DNA from: Octopus sinensis
Taxonomy: Eukaryota
NCBI RefSeq assembly: GCF_006345805.1
Contig: NC_043021.1
Span: 2,728,001 to 2,792,000, forward strand
Direction of reading: 5' to 3'
DNA: 64,000 nt
Position 1 is the stretch's first letter, and every line of letters starts with the position of its first letter. Shown in pieces: positions 13,001-24,748 of the stretch. The position numbers were made by a program, and so were the translations under genes. Below the pieces are notes generated by a model. The model was not told the origin of the DNA and did not search any database. It saw only the letters and a program-made list of their open reading frames with translations.

Positions 13001-16000
13001 TCCATGTGTCTTTCCTTGTTTGTTCCCTCTGTGTTTAGCCCCTTGTGGGTAGTAGAGAAATAGGTACTGATGTATATCTTGGCTTTCTGAATAGATACAC
13101 CATTGCCACATTGCTACATGTCATAAGAGAGGACAAACAAAGGTTTGTGACAGGAAGGACACACAGCAGTGAAACGCTGTCTCACAATGTCCTGTCCAAA
13201 TACCAGAATGGCAAACCGGACGTAGAAGCTATGCCGATGACTTCCTGTTTTATTTCTTCCAAAACATTTTAGATTTTCCATTCACATTGCCAATGTTGAT
13301 GATGATGATGACTTCAGTAAAACAAAAAAAAAACAAAACCGCTCCTTGATCATAGTTTAATTAAGTTCATGTTTAATTAAGATCATGTTTGATTAAGTTA
13401 TATTTGTTATTATTTGTAGTATTTTTAGGCTGCCACACCTGTCTATTTTGCAAAATATTTGGCTTTTTGCAGTCAAAACAGTTGTTTTTATATTTCCGCG
13501 TTCTTTTACTTTGGATCCATTACCATAAAAAGGAAAATAAGACCCTTTCTTTATGCAAATAAAATTGTTTGTAAACCCGAGACAAGCTTAATACACAGAT
13601 CTTTTATTTGTCTCAGTCATTTAACTATGGCCAAGCTGGGGCACTGCCTTGAAAATGCTAAGTTACAGGCTTCACAGGCAAGGTGACTTTCAGATGCCTG
13701 GTCAAGTAGGAGTGTGTGCCATGACGGGCATGGATGTCACGAACACAAACCCAGGTGAAGCTGACCCTTGATGCAATAACCTCGTGCACAGATATTGCTG
13801 ACATTTTGCATGGACAATGGTCAGAGAAGACCATCACTGACCATTGTCCATGCAAAATGTCAGCAATATCTGTGCACGAGGTTATTGCATCAAGGGTCAG
13901 CTTCACCTGGGTTTGCGTTCGTGACATCCATGCCCGTCATGGCGCACACTCCTACTTGACCGGGCATCTGAAAGTCACCTTGCCTGTGAAGCCTGTAACT
14001 TAGCATTTTAAGTCCAATAAAGTTTGTACAACACCTCACAGACCCCACTCCATCAATACTAACATGGTCCACAGACAAAACCAGGGCAGAGTCTATAGTA
14101 CCACCATGGGTTGCAGGCTCAGGAATGTGGAAGCACCATGATCTCAAGAGCAAACAAATGTTAAATGCCATTCCCTCCATATATGGTTTCATATCAGAGT
14201 GACCTTTTCCTAGAGACAAGCTTTAACAAAAGCTGAGGGATTCCTCACTCCCAGTGGCTTCCCAAGATGCCAAACACCAACCCAGAATTCACGAGGGGCT
14301 CTGCTATTGCTAGACAGTCATTGAACCTATACTGGGTTCCTCTGTCGTTTTCACAGGTCTTGGTTTTAGTCCAGGCAAGGTTAGTGAAGGGGCTAGTTTA
14401 GCTGCTGATGACCCAACCACACAACAGGTTGTACTGGTGGATTCCATGTTACCAGTAGCACTCATGAGAGACCTCACAAGTGACCTGACAAACACACACA
14501 CACCGTGCTTCAGCACAATTTCCATCTACCAAATTCCACTCACAAGGTATGGATCAACCTGAAGCTAGAGAAGACATCTGCCCCGGGCTGCTATTCAGAG
14601 GTATAATAATAATAATAATAATAATAATTGTGTACAGTGCTCAGGTGCACTACAACTCATCTAAAGTGTATGTATAATCAGGTGTAGTTTCGGCGGATTT
14701 CGGAAAGCATGAGGGCCTTAGTAAGATCGAACCTGAAACGTTTGTATATAAAACATAAACAAACAGAAATTGCATTGCAGTATATTAACGGGTTCCTTAG
14801 GAGATTCAGAGACTCCATAATACCAAACGATGATATGTCACCTCTAAACGAGGAAGCGGTTATAAACAGGTCGATAGTAGCGTTTTCATGTTTCCATTTA
14901 TTGATGCGAAACACCGAATAGGAACTGAAGTTGTGCAACTATTATAGAACAGCAATATTACTGAAGGGCACTGATCCAGTATGGCCGTAACCCAGCTGGC
15001 TAAAAACAAACAATAATATATGTGCCTGATAAAAGATATTTTCATCGCGTCAAATGGCTGTGTGAAATTTGGTTATCTCATATAAATAAACTTTCGTAAA
15101 TCCTTCGCTGTCGTGTCTGTCTGTATATATGTATATATGTGTGTGTATGTATGTATGTATATATGTGTGTGTGTATATATATATATATATATTATATATA
15201 TATATATATAATATGCATATACGTGTGTGTGTGTATTCCTAAAGAATAGTCGGGAATTATCTAGTGCGCCAAAAAAAAAAAACGAAAACGTAAATTCTTC
15301 AGTTGTAAATGTTTTAAGCATCGTAGATGACGATTCTACGAAAAACAAAAAGGTTTTTGTTGGCGGGGGTGTGTGTGTATGGGTGGGCAGCGGGGGTGGT
15401 GGTTCGTTCCACCCCCGCCCCGCCCCGCCCCAGCCGTTGGCCCACCTTTTCCGTAAATTTTTTTTTAGTTTTGACCTTCTTTTTTTTTTTTTCGAAAAAA
15501 AAAAAAAAAATTCCTCTTCAGATTTAAAAGCTTTAAAAAAAGTTACGCGCATAGTTTTTGGCAAAACTCGTGTTTCTCTAAAGACGTTCGAAAAAAAAAA
15601 AAAACATAGATCTGAGCAAAAATTTTTTACAAAAGGAAGTAAATAAAACTAAAAAAAAAAACTAAAAAAAATTGATAAGTTACGAGGGAAAACGAAAGGT
15701 TGGGGGGTGGGGGAGCACAACAAAAAATTCCATCCCCACCTTCCCCCCCCCGATGTTGTATTTTTTTTTTGTTGTGTTTTTTTTCCGTAACAGAATCGTC
15801 ATCTGCGATTCTTAAAACGTACACATGCGAATAAGATAGGGTCTGAGGGGAGAGAGAGATTGGGGGGCACTTAGCAATTTCCGATTCTTTTAGGAACTGT
15901 TTTACAACTTCAAAAACATGAATAAATAAAAATATATTATTTGTCATTAAATCGGCAAAAGTTACAAAATAACTCCCACAGAGACGAGAGTTTCCAGCAC

Positions 16001-16218
16001 TGGAACCAAGTGAAAACTATTTTAATAAGTTCCGATGCACAAAAACTACAGGTCCTTCTTCCGTCACTTTGGTAACGGCATTCTTTCGGTATTAGTATCA
16101 TATATGTAAGAAAGCTCCTTGTAACTTTGACAGAATAATATATATGTGTATATATATATATATATAAATATATATGTATATATATAAAATATATTATATA
16201 TATATATGTATATATATA

Positions 16219-16274
<56 letters not shown>

Positions 16275-16275
16275 G

Positions 16276-16308
<33 letters not shown>

Positions 16309-16384
16309 ATATAATATATAATATATATATATAATATATGTATATATCTATATATATATATGTATATATATGTGTGTATATATA

Positions 16385-16463
<79 letters not shown>

Positions 16464-17056
16464 TAGAAGAAATGAGGTAATCAGAAGATCGGATGGTTTA
16501 TATTTACAGATATTTATTTATATATTACATTTTTTACATATATATCATATCACTTCGATCATTAGCGCTTTCTCCCATTCTAGTGGGGTTTTCAAATCAA
16601 AATAATATATATATATATATATATATACACATACACACACATACATTTATACACACATGCAAACACAGGGCAGTTCTCAAAAGAATTGGAGAGTAAAATA
16701 CGCTAAAGAATTACAAAATTCGACTAACGAGACTAAGATTCTCGGCCGAGAAGAATCGGTAAATCTGATGAACCGACAGGAAAAACTTCGTCAAACTTAG
16801 GAAGTTTCAACTTCTATATATACGTATGGGTGTGTATATGTATGTATATACATATATATATATATATATATATTGTGTGTGTGTGTGTGTATATATATAT
16901 ATGTATGTATATATATATACATACATATATATATATATATATAATATATATATATATATACATACTACATATATATATATAATATATATGTATATATGTA
17001 TGTATATGAATGTATATATATATGTATGTGTATATATATGTATGTGTATATATATG

Positions 17057-17097
<41 letters not shown>

Positions 17098-17255
17098 TAT
17101 ATATATATGATGAGAGAGAGAGAGAGAGAGAGACAGAGGAATGGACTTACTTCGATGACAAACTGTAGCTCAGCATCCATAGTGGCCACCCTGACGGGAT
17201 AGGTTTTGGCGTTGGACGACACAGATGCCACTTTCTTCATGTTTGCGAATGGCAT
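405..17255 (-). CDS. NF2: Merlin (neurofibromin-2), FERM-domain tumour suppressor orthologue; 3'-partial, continues beyond the left edge. Coding exons: 17151-17255, 8411-8539, 6530-6736, 4197-4348, 1746-1821, 405-539
   Basis: Spliced translation: [268 protein letters not shown]. All introns are GT-AG with matching phases (0,0,0,2,0,0). The N-terminal extension, [18 protein letters not shown] and the blue-box YQMTPEM distinguish merlin from ezrin/radixin/moesin. Confidence 0.95.
806..990 (+). mobile_element. Family G interspersed repeat with a Penelope-type minimal hammerhead-like motif; second copy at 7996-8190
   Basis: Two ~185-bp copies about 90% identical, each abutting (TA)n. They contain CTTT-CTGTGGA-A-GAGYGTAGGCTC-GAAA-CG-TT-AAAG. 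Confidence 0.6.
1424..1620 (-). mobile_element. CR1-type LINE 3' fragment nested in a family C copy
   Basis: 1498-1617 on the minus strand encodes [39 protein letters not shown] (CR1/L2 C-terminal FS.RV..WN.LP motif), with a short TTAAC-repeat tail. Confidence 0.75.
2033..2631 (-). mobile_element. SINE family A tandem multimer (~3 units)
   Basis: Repeated ~180-190-bp units. TSD AGGTAATACTTTC at 2020-2032 and 2632-2644. Confidence 0.85.
6808..7003. mobile_element. Degenerate piggyBac-type MITE
   Basis: TTAACCCTTTT ... AAAAGGGTTAA. Confidence 0.6.
7707..8355. mobile_element. hAT-type MITE carrying nested family C and family G insertions
   Basis: TIR CAGCGTTTTTCAAC / GTTGAGAAACACTG. Perfect 8-bp TSD AATTAGAA (7699-7706, 8356-8363). 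Confidence 0.85.
11270..11850 (+). mobile_element. Family C (LINE 3'UTR) copy with ~6 internal tandem units
   Basis: Repeated CTGGCTCCTGTGCCGGTGGCACGTAAAAAGCACC units, then the GGAAGGGCATCCAGCTGTAGAAAC core and a (GAT)n tail. Confidence 0.8.
13652..14009. repeat. Near-perfect long inverted repeat (173-bp arms, 12-nt spacer) in NF2 intron 1
   Basis: 13652-13824 is the reverse complement of 13837-14009 at 170/173 positions (checked block by block). Spacer AGAAGACCATCA. Confidence 0.97.
14604..14722 (-). mobile_element. Short 3' tip of the same CR1/L2-type family with (TTA)n tail
   Basis: Shares TACAGTGCTCAGGTGCAC and AATCAGGTGTAGT...GAAAGCATG with 58508-58790. Reads [10 protein letters not shown]. 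Confidence 0.65.
15236..15896. mobile_element. Degenerate fold-back element with long imperfect inverted ends
   Basis: TTCCTAAAGAATAGTCGGGAATT vs the reverse complement of AATTTCCGATTCTTTTAGGAA, and GATGACGATTCT (15326) vs AGAATCGTCATC (~15790). Many long homopolymers. Confidence 0.5.
16138..16463. repeat. (TA)n/(TG)n compound microsatellite
   Basis: Direct inspection. Confidence 0.95.
16815..17135. repeat. (TA)n/(TG)n/(GA)n compound microsatellite just inside the NF2 intron-1 donor
   Basis: Direct inspection. Confidence 0.95.
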
Positions 17256-18180
17256 TTTCGTAAGGAATTCTGGAATAAATCTAAAGATAAATATCCACAC
17301 TTTGGAAATATCAAGTAAGTAACTACTACTACCCCCAGAAGCCGTTCGTTAGGTTATTCCTGAAGAGGAGTTGTGGCAGACGTAAACAGTGCGAGGTTTT
17401 CTTTCTCTTTTTGAACCCATGCAACACAGGCAACATTGGCTTCTTCTGAAGGAATTTGGAGATATATATGAGTATATATATATATATATTTATATGTAGT
17501 ATAGGGTGGGAGTTGTCGTAGAGGAGCCAGGTGATGGTGTTCTTGTGATCGAAGCAACAGGTTTAGAGGAAAGTTCCGAAGAATGGGTTTTTTTTTTTAT
17601 ATAAATAAATAAATAAATACTCAAAGACTGGAATCCGTCTTTTGGGACATTTCGGACGATATTTACAACCGCAATTAACTTCGTGTAAAGTTTGAGAAAT
17701 GTTTGGGGGAAAAAGGACAATCACAGGATGCTGAGATGATCGGGGATGAAATCTAAGAGGAATTTCCCCAACCGAGCGATCGTCAAAGCGTATAAAAATC
17801 GATCGACGAACGATCGATCGATCGACGATTGGAATCCGTCGAGAAATGGTAAAATTGTGGAGATTCCTGTCTGTCGGTTAGGTGCTGCCACACAGCGGAC
17901 ACTCACTCACAACACGCAATCAAGATAGATAACTCTAGATTTTTTTTTTCTTTTTTGGGGAAGTTTCCTCTTGTGTTATTTTATTTCATCGCTGCCACAT
18001 AGCGGCGGATATGTGCAAACAGGGGCAGATAACTTTTGGCACCAACTCGATCTTTCGCGCCATTTCTGGCTCAAGTCGATCCTTTAATTATTTGCTTTCA
18101 GAGAAACACAGAGACAGACATTGAATGATATTTTAGAGTTTATATATTATTTTAGTGTTCTTCGTTGGTATTTAAGCATC
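17256..18180. promoter_or_regulatory. Probable compact bidirectional promoter and 5'UTR region shared by NF2 and RPA1
   Basis: Divergent start codons at 17255 (-) and 18181 (+). The block is free of the repeats that fill the rest of the window and is locally CpG-rich (17720-17900, 18000-18070). Transcription start sites cannot be seen from sequence. Confidence 0.65.
18053..18065 (+). promoter_or_regulatory. E2F consensus site overlapping a YY1-like motif
   Basis: TTTCGCGC (18053-18060) matches TTTSSCGC. CGCCATTT (18058-18065) overlaps it. It lies about 120 bp upstream of the RPA1 ATG. Motif match only. Confidence 0.45.
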
Positions 18181-21100
18181 ATGAGTTACCAGTTGACCTC
18201 AGGAGCATTACAGGTATTTAGAATTAAATCAAAAACAGTTTATTTTCTATTTTCTTTCGATGTTGTCTTTGAGTGATTCAAACAAAAAACAATCTTTTGG
18301 CGAATGTTTTTGCTTTATTTTCCTCCTCAATTCTTCTCTTAAAATAAATTTCGAATTTATATAAACGTCTGCGTTAGCAACATCCACAAGCGTTTGTCGT
18401 ATTGCAAGTTCTTTTTGTGGTGACGAATGGTTTAATTTAAAACTAAACTGCGCATTCGTATTTCATGGTTACACATTTTAAAAGAAGGTACAAGTACCTT
18501 AAAAGAATTTCTAATTGTTTTAGATCAATAAAGTCTGTGTGTGTGTGTAAATATCTGAACGTCCAGTCTGGTATTTTAATTACTCCAAACTAGAAAAAAA
18601 AAAAAAATGGTTTGCAAACAAAAGCATTTGAGTTGTGAAGGAACTCGTTTGGTTCTGCCTGCTCCAGATGCGAAATCGAATCCAGTCGTGTCACAAATAA
18701 ATATTGGTAATTCTTCTCCATGATTTTCTTTCTGTGTAACTTTCTGAAAAAGAAAAGAAAAGAAATAAAGAATTTTGGTTAATGAAATTTTTGCAAAGAC
18801 ACATTTTTGTGTTGGTTACAACAACTCTTTGTTCGGTTCCTCCAGCTTTTCCGAAGATGATGAACGCCCTCTTTGATTCTGTTAATTGCTTGACATTTTC
18901 GTCAACTATTTCGTTGACGTTGTAGCATTCATTCATTGCTCAAGACCATTATTGAAATAAAGTTACTTACAACTGGGAACCAAACCTGAACTGCGGATCC
19001 ACCCCAGATCATCGCCATCGACCCTGTGGAGACAGGTTTCCATATTTCCGATCGTAAACTCGGGAAATTTATTTAATTTCAAGATAGGAACAATAATATT
19101 TCAACTATGTCTATTTTGCGTTGATGTAATTTGCCTAAAAGAACTCTCTCGAATGTGGTGCCCCAGCATGGCTACAGTCCAGTCTCTGAATCAGAAAAAG
19201 AATATAGCTTTATACTGTATTTTTTTTTTTTCCATTTTAAAAAATATACCTGTGGCATAGCCCGTGCTGTGCCACGTCTAAATGTAGAAGCCATGCCGAA
19301 GCAGACAGTTGGAGTCTGGTGCCAACTTCTGTCAAACCGCCTAACCCATGCCAGCATGGAAAACAGACGTTAAATGATGATATGCAGTGACTATGATAAT
19401 AACAGTGTTTCTTTTTTTATTTTTCTATTTTTCTTTCAGACTATAATCAATGGGGAGAATATCGAGAAGCCAATTCTTCAAATTTTGGTAAATATTTTAT
19501 TTCTGAAAATTTGAATAAATTATGAAATTAATTGCCATAAATTTTGATTGCTTCATGTATTGAGAGTCATGTTTTAGGCCATCATAGTCCATTGATTCTC
19601 AGCTTATGGACCCATCTCATTCTTGACCCTCATAGCCATTTGATGTTTTAAAAGTTTTAATATATAGGCGCAGGAGTGGCTGTGTGGTAAGTAGCTTGCT
19701 TACCAACCACATGGTTCTGGGTTCAGTCCCACTGCATGTCATCTTGGGCAAGTGTCTTCTACTATAGCCCCGGGCCGACCAATGCCTTGTGAGTGGATTT
19801 GGTAGACGGAAACTGAAAGAAGCCCGTCGTATATATGTATATATATATGTTTGTGTGTCTGTGTTTGTCTCCCTAGCATTGCTTGACAACCGATGCTGGT
19901 GTGTTTACGTCCCCGTCACTTAGCGGTTCGGCAAAAGAGACCGATAGAATAAGTACCGGGCTTACAAAAAATAAGTCCCATGGTCGATTTGCTCGACTAA
20001 AGGCGGTGCTCCAGCATGGCCGCAGTCAAATGACTGAAACAAGTAAAAGAGTATATTTTCAGGATTAAATATTATTAGGAATTGCATTAAAAATATTTGT
20101 CAAAGTATTTTCTGTATTCTACAAGTAAAATAAATTTATTGCAAATATATTTTAACAACCAAATTCTATAATGGACCCCCCTCTCCCAAGGGCAATGTGG
20201 ATCCTGGTTAAGAACCAGTGTCTTAGCTCATTTGAATAGGAAATTGTTTAATGAGAGGCATCCAAGTGTCAGAGGTTTGTCTGGTACTTCTTGAAGGAAT
20301 TTGTCCAACTACCATATATATTGGGTTGGTGCATAACTATTGCGGATTTTTTTGCAACCAATTTTATTCAACAAAAACCTATTTAAATGATTATTCCGGA
20401 GCATATTCACCATCTGCTTCAATTACTGCTTCCCATTTGCTTGGCAGACGGTCGATTTTCTAAGTTTTGTAATCTGAAAAATGAAGGGGAAAATGGATAA
20501 CATTTAGTTCTTGTGTCTAATGGTGCAAAGGCACATGGCTTAGTAGTTAGGGTGTTGCACTCGTGATCTTACAATCATGGTTTCAATTCCTGGACCATGC
20601 AGTACATTGTGTTTTTGAGCAAAATGTATCATTTCACACAGATCCAGTCTACTCAGCTGTAAATGAGTTCCAACCAGGGTTGGGAAGTTAACCCTCCAAA
20701 GGACTATCATCCCATCCAGGGATTTAAGCATCATAGGAAGTGGATTAAACTCAAGCCTTGTGAGTCCTGGGGCTCATGAAAGAAAAGAAAGAAGTATTAT
20801 GATGCACCCTTATAATCTTCAGGTTTAAGAATCTGGGGGCGGAGGATGTGTAACTTATAACAGGAGTAAATATTGTATCTCACTAAAATAACACCTTGTT
20901 TTTGTTGGTTTTCTCTCCCCTAGAGTTCGAAAAAGATCCCAAGTTCTGCTGGCGCTGAACGATATCGTCTTTTATTGTCCGATGGTCAGCTGAGTTACTC
21001 CAGTGAGTATGTTTTTTTTTGTTGTTTATATTTATGTGTGTATATGTATGTATATATATATATATATATAAGTAGGTGAATGAATTATCCTATGTTTATC

Positions 21101-24100
21101 GTCAGTATGGAAAATTCGTTTAACCGAAACCTAGGTAGCAAATTCCTGTTGAGAAGATAGCATAATGCACCCTTTATTCCTTCGGAATGAAAATATGCTG
21201 TCTTCGAAACATGTGTCAAGAGTAAAGGAATTTTGTTAACATCTTCGTTCGACTCCATTCTTTCATTTATTTATATATATATAAATATCTCGAAGTGAAT
21301 TATTGTGAACTCTTGTAAATAGATATGGTTAGTGGAAACTGAAAGAAGCCCATTGCGTGTGTGTCTGTGTTTTGATGTCTTTACAGTATAGATACAAATA
21401 AACAAGCGTTGCTGTCATACAAGTGAAATCCTTTTTCTGGAAACATTTCTGGTCATGGGGGTGGATATGACCTTCCTTTGAAAATTGGTGAAGGTTGGCA
21501 TCAGGTCTCAGAAAATCTGCCTGCCTTAGTGAATTTCATCTGACCCATGCAAGCATAGTAAAATGGACGTTAAAACACGTGATGATGATGGTATTTTTAT
21601 TGCAAGGCGGTGAGCTTGCGGAAACATTAACACGCCGGGCAAAATGCTAAGCAGTATTTCGTGTGCCGCTACGTTCTGAGTTCAAAATCTGCCAAGGTCG
21701 ACTTTGCCTTTCATCCTTTCGGGGTCGATTAAATAAGTACCAGTTATGCACTGGGGTCGACGTAATCGACTTAATCCGTTTGTCTGTCTTTGTCCCCTAT
21801 GTGTGTAGCCCCTTGTGGGCAGTAAAGAAATAAGAATCGTTAGCACGCGGGGCGAAATGCTAAGCAGTATTTCGTGTGCCGCTACGTTCTGAGTTCAAAT
21901 TCTGCCATGGTCGACTTTGCCTTTCATCTTTTCGGGGTCGATTAAATGAGTACCAGTTACGCACTGGGGTCGATATAATCGACTTAATCCGTTTGTCCTC
22001 TCTGTGCTTAGCCCCTTGTGGGTAGTAAAGAAATAAGAATCGTTAGCACGTGGGGTGAAATGCTTAGCAGTATTTCGTCTGCCCTTACGTTCTGAGTTCA
22101 AGTTCTGCCGTGGTCAACTTTGCCTTTCATCCTTTCGGGGTCGATTAAATAAGTACCAGTTACGCACTGGGGTCGATGTAATCGACTCAATCCGTTTGTC
22201 TGTCTTTGTTTGTCCTCTCTGTGTTTAGCCCCTTGTGGGTAATAAAGAAATCGGTATTTTTATTGCAAGGTGTTATGCTGGCGACTCAGCTGAACCCCAT
22301 GATGGAAGATGGTTCTCTAGACAATCTGTCGGTTATCAAGCTGAACAAGTTCTTATGTAACATCATTCAAAATGACAAGTAAGTAAACGATTGTCACAGT
22401 TTTTGAGAATGCAAAGGTTTTGTTTTTCAATGTCCCCCTTGCTTACAGTTTGCTCCTTTGCTTTCTACTTTGTCCTCGTTTTTTTATACCAAAACAGAGG
22501 CGCAATGGCCCAGCTGAGAAGCGGCGGCGCTTCCGCTTTTATTCCAAAGTATAAAAGGAATATTTCTAGAGATATACGTGCATAGTTTGGTTGGTGTGGA
22601 GGCGCAATGGCCTAGTGGTCGTAGGATCGTGGTTTCGATTCCCAGACCGGGCGTTGTGAGTGTTTATTGAGCGAAAGCACCTAAAGCTCCACGAGGCTCC
22701 GGCAGGGGATGGTGGTGATCCCTGCTGTACTCTTTCACCACAACTTTCTCTCACTCTTACTTCCTGTTTCTGTTGTACCTGTATTTCAAAAGGGCCGGCC
22801 TTGTCACTCTCTGTGTCACACTGAATATCCCCGAGAACTACGTTAAGGGTACACGTGTCTGTGGAGTGCTCAGCCACTTACGCGTTAATTTCACGAGCCG
22901 GCTGTTCCGTTGATCGGATTAACCGGAGCCCTCGTCATCGTAACCGACGGAGTGCTTCTATGATACCAAAACATCCACCATTATTACTGATGGCACAAAT
23001 ACTCCAGTCCAAAAGAAGAAAAGAAGTTCTTCCTGTCTTGCATTGAGAAAGGTTACCTTTGTCCTTTGCCATATTTTCCTCAATGCACTCCAGCTTAGAT
23101 TTCTTTTCAAACAACAGATCTTTTTCGTCGTTTTGATCTTTTAAAAGTTTGTCACTTGCAACCTGCCCAGTCTTCTTTCTCACACTTATCAGTCAATGAT
23201 TGTGCCGGTGGCACGTAAAAAGCACCATCCGATTGTGGCCGTTGCCAGTCTTGTCTGGCACCTGTGCAGGTGGCACATAAAAAGCACCCACTACACTCAC
23301 GGAGTGGTTGGCGTTAGGAATGGCATCCAGCTGTAGAAACATTGTTAGATCAGACTGGGCCTGGTGCGGCCTTCTGGCTTCCCAGACCCCAGCTGCACCG
23401 TCCAACCCATGCCAGCATGGAAAGCGGACGCTAAACAATGATGATGATGATTGATACTTTGAAAACAAAATCCCTGTTGTATTTGCCAACATTACAAGCA
23501 TTAACAACTGCTCGGTAGGAATATGAACTGATTCTTATCTCTAAGAAGCCTCTCTTGAGAAGCAAATGCTGTCTTACCTGGAATGAATGCTTCAAGTCCT
23601 GAGTATTCTACCCCTTTCGCAGACGGTCATCTTCTGATGACTGCCACAAGTGTTGTCAAGAGGAAAAAAACTTTTGTAAGAATAGCCACAGGTGTGGTTG
23701 CATGGTTAAGAAACTTGGTTCCCGATCACATGGTTTTGGGTTCAGTCCCACTGTGTGGCACCTCAGGCAGGTGTCTTCTACTATAGCCCCAGGTCGACCA
23801 AAGCCTTGTGAGTTGATTTTGTGTGTGTTTGTATGTCATGGTATCTCTGAGTCTCTTGACATAACGTGACAGTCGTAAACAAGTGTCACCGTCATACAAG
23901 CAGTGTCCTTCATCTCCAGTCTTTCACCAAAAAACATATCTGACCCTGGGGGAAACATCTTACTTGGAAACAAATAACAAATGAGGGTTGGCAACAGGAA
24001 GGGCATCTGGCCACAGAAGATTCTGTCCGACCCATGCAAGCATAAGAAAGTGGATGTTAAAATGATGGTAATGAAAATATTTTATTTTATTTTGCAACAG

Positions 24101-24703
24101 GAAAGTTATCATTTTGCTCGATCTAGAAGTGATTGCAAAAGCTTCTGAAGTTGGACAGAAGATAGGGAATCCAAAATCCTACAGAGCTGGGGAAGGTAAG
24201 TCTGGTTGATCATTGTTGTATAATAGTTTTGGTATTTTACTTTGCAGCAAGAGCACAATAGCCACAATAGCTGGAAATTGAAATCCTGGTCTTGAGTTCA
24301 ATCCTTACTACACCCATTCTGATAATCCTCCAGATCTAGTTACATAATTCTGCTGTTCCAATTTGCCTAAATGCTGGTTCTATTCTTCACCCATATTTAA
24401 AGCGGTACACTGCCGAAAGAACATATATATATATATATATATATATCACGTGACCAACCAGGCTATCAGATGTTGCTACACATCGCTGGTCACAACACGT
24501 TCGCATTGTTTTAGCCTTCGAATGACGCCACCCCGCTGGCTAAGCGAGCAGGCCAACAGAAGAAAGAGTACAGCAGGGATCACCACCCCCTGCCGGAGCC
24601 TCGTGGAGCTTTTAGGTGTTTTCGCTCAATAAACACTCACAATGCCTGGTCAGGGAATCGAAACCGCGAGTCCGCTGCCCTAACCACTGGGCCATTGCGC
24701 CTC

Positions 24704-24748
<45 letters not shown>

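Noticed and set aside
13658-14003. Twin 89-aa ORFs on opposite strands
   Set aside because: A consequence of the palindrome. No recognisable protein and no splice signals linking them to a gene.
16765-16792. CTGATGA...GAAA...GTC hammerhead-like string (also CTGATGA at ~7657)
   Set aside because: Stems II and III cannot be formed convincingly, and the 7657 instance has no GAAA partner.
15073-17110. Long ORFs 15073-15564, 15227-15646 and 16826-17110
   Set aside because: Low-complexity translations of microsatellites and homopolymers.
18691-18936. 81-aa minus-strand ORF in RPA1 intron 1 as a nested gene or C/D snoRNA host
   Set aside because: No recognisable domain. The ATGATGA at ~18858 has no suitably placed CTGA with a terminal stem.
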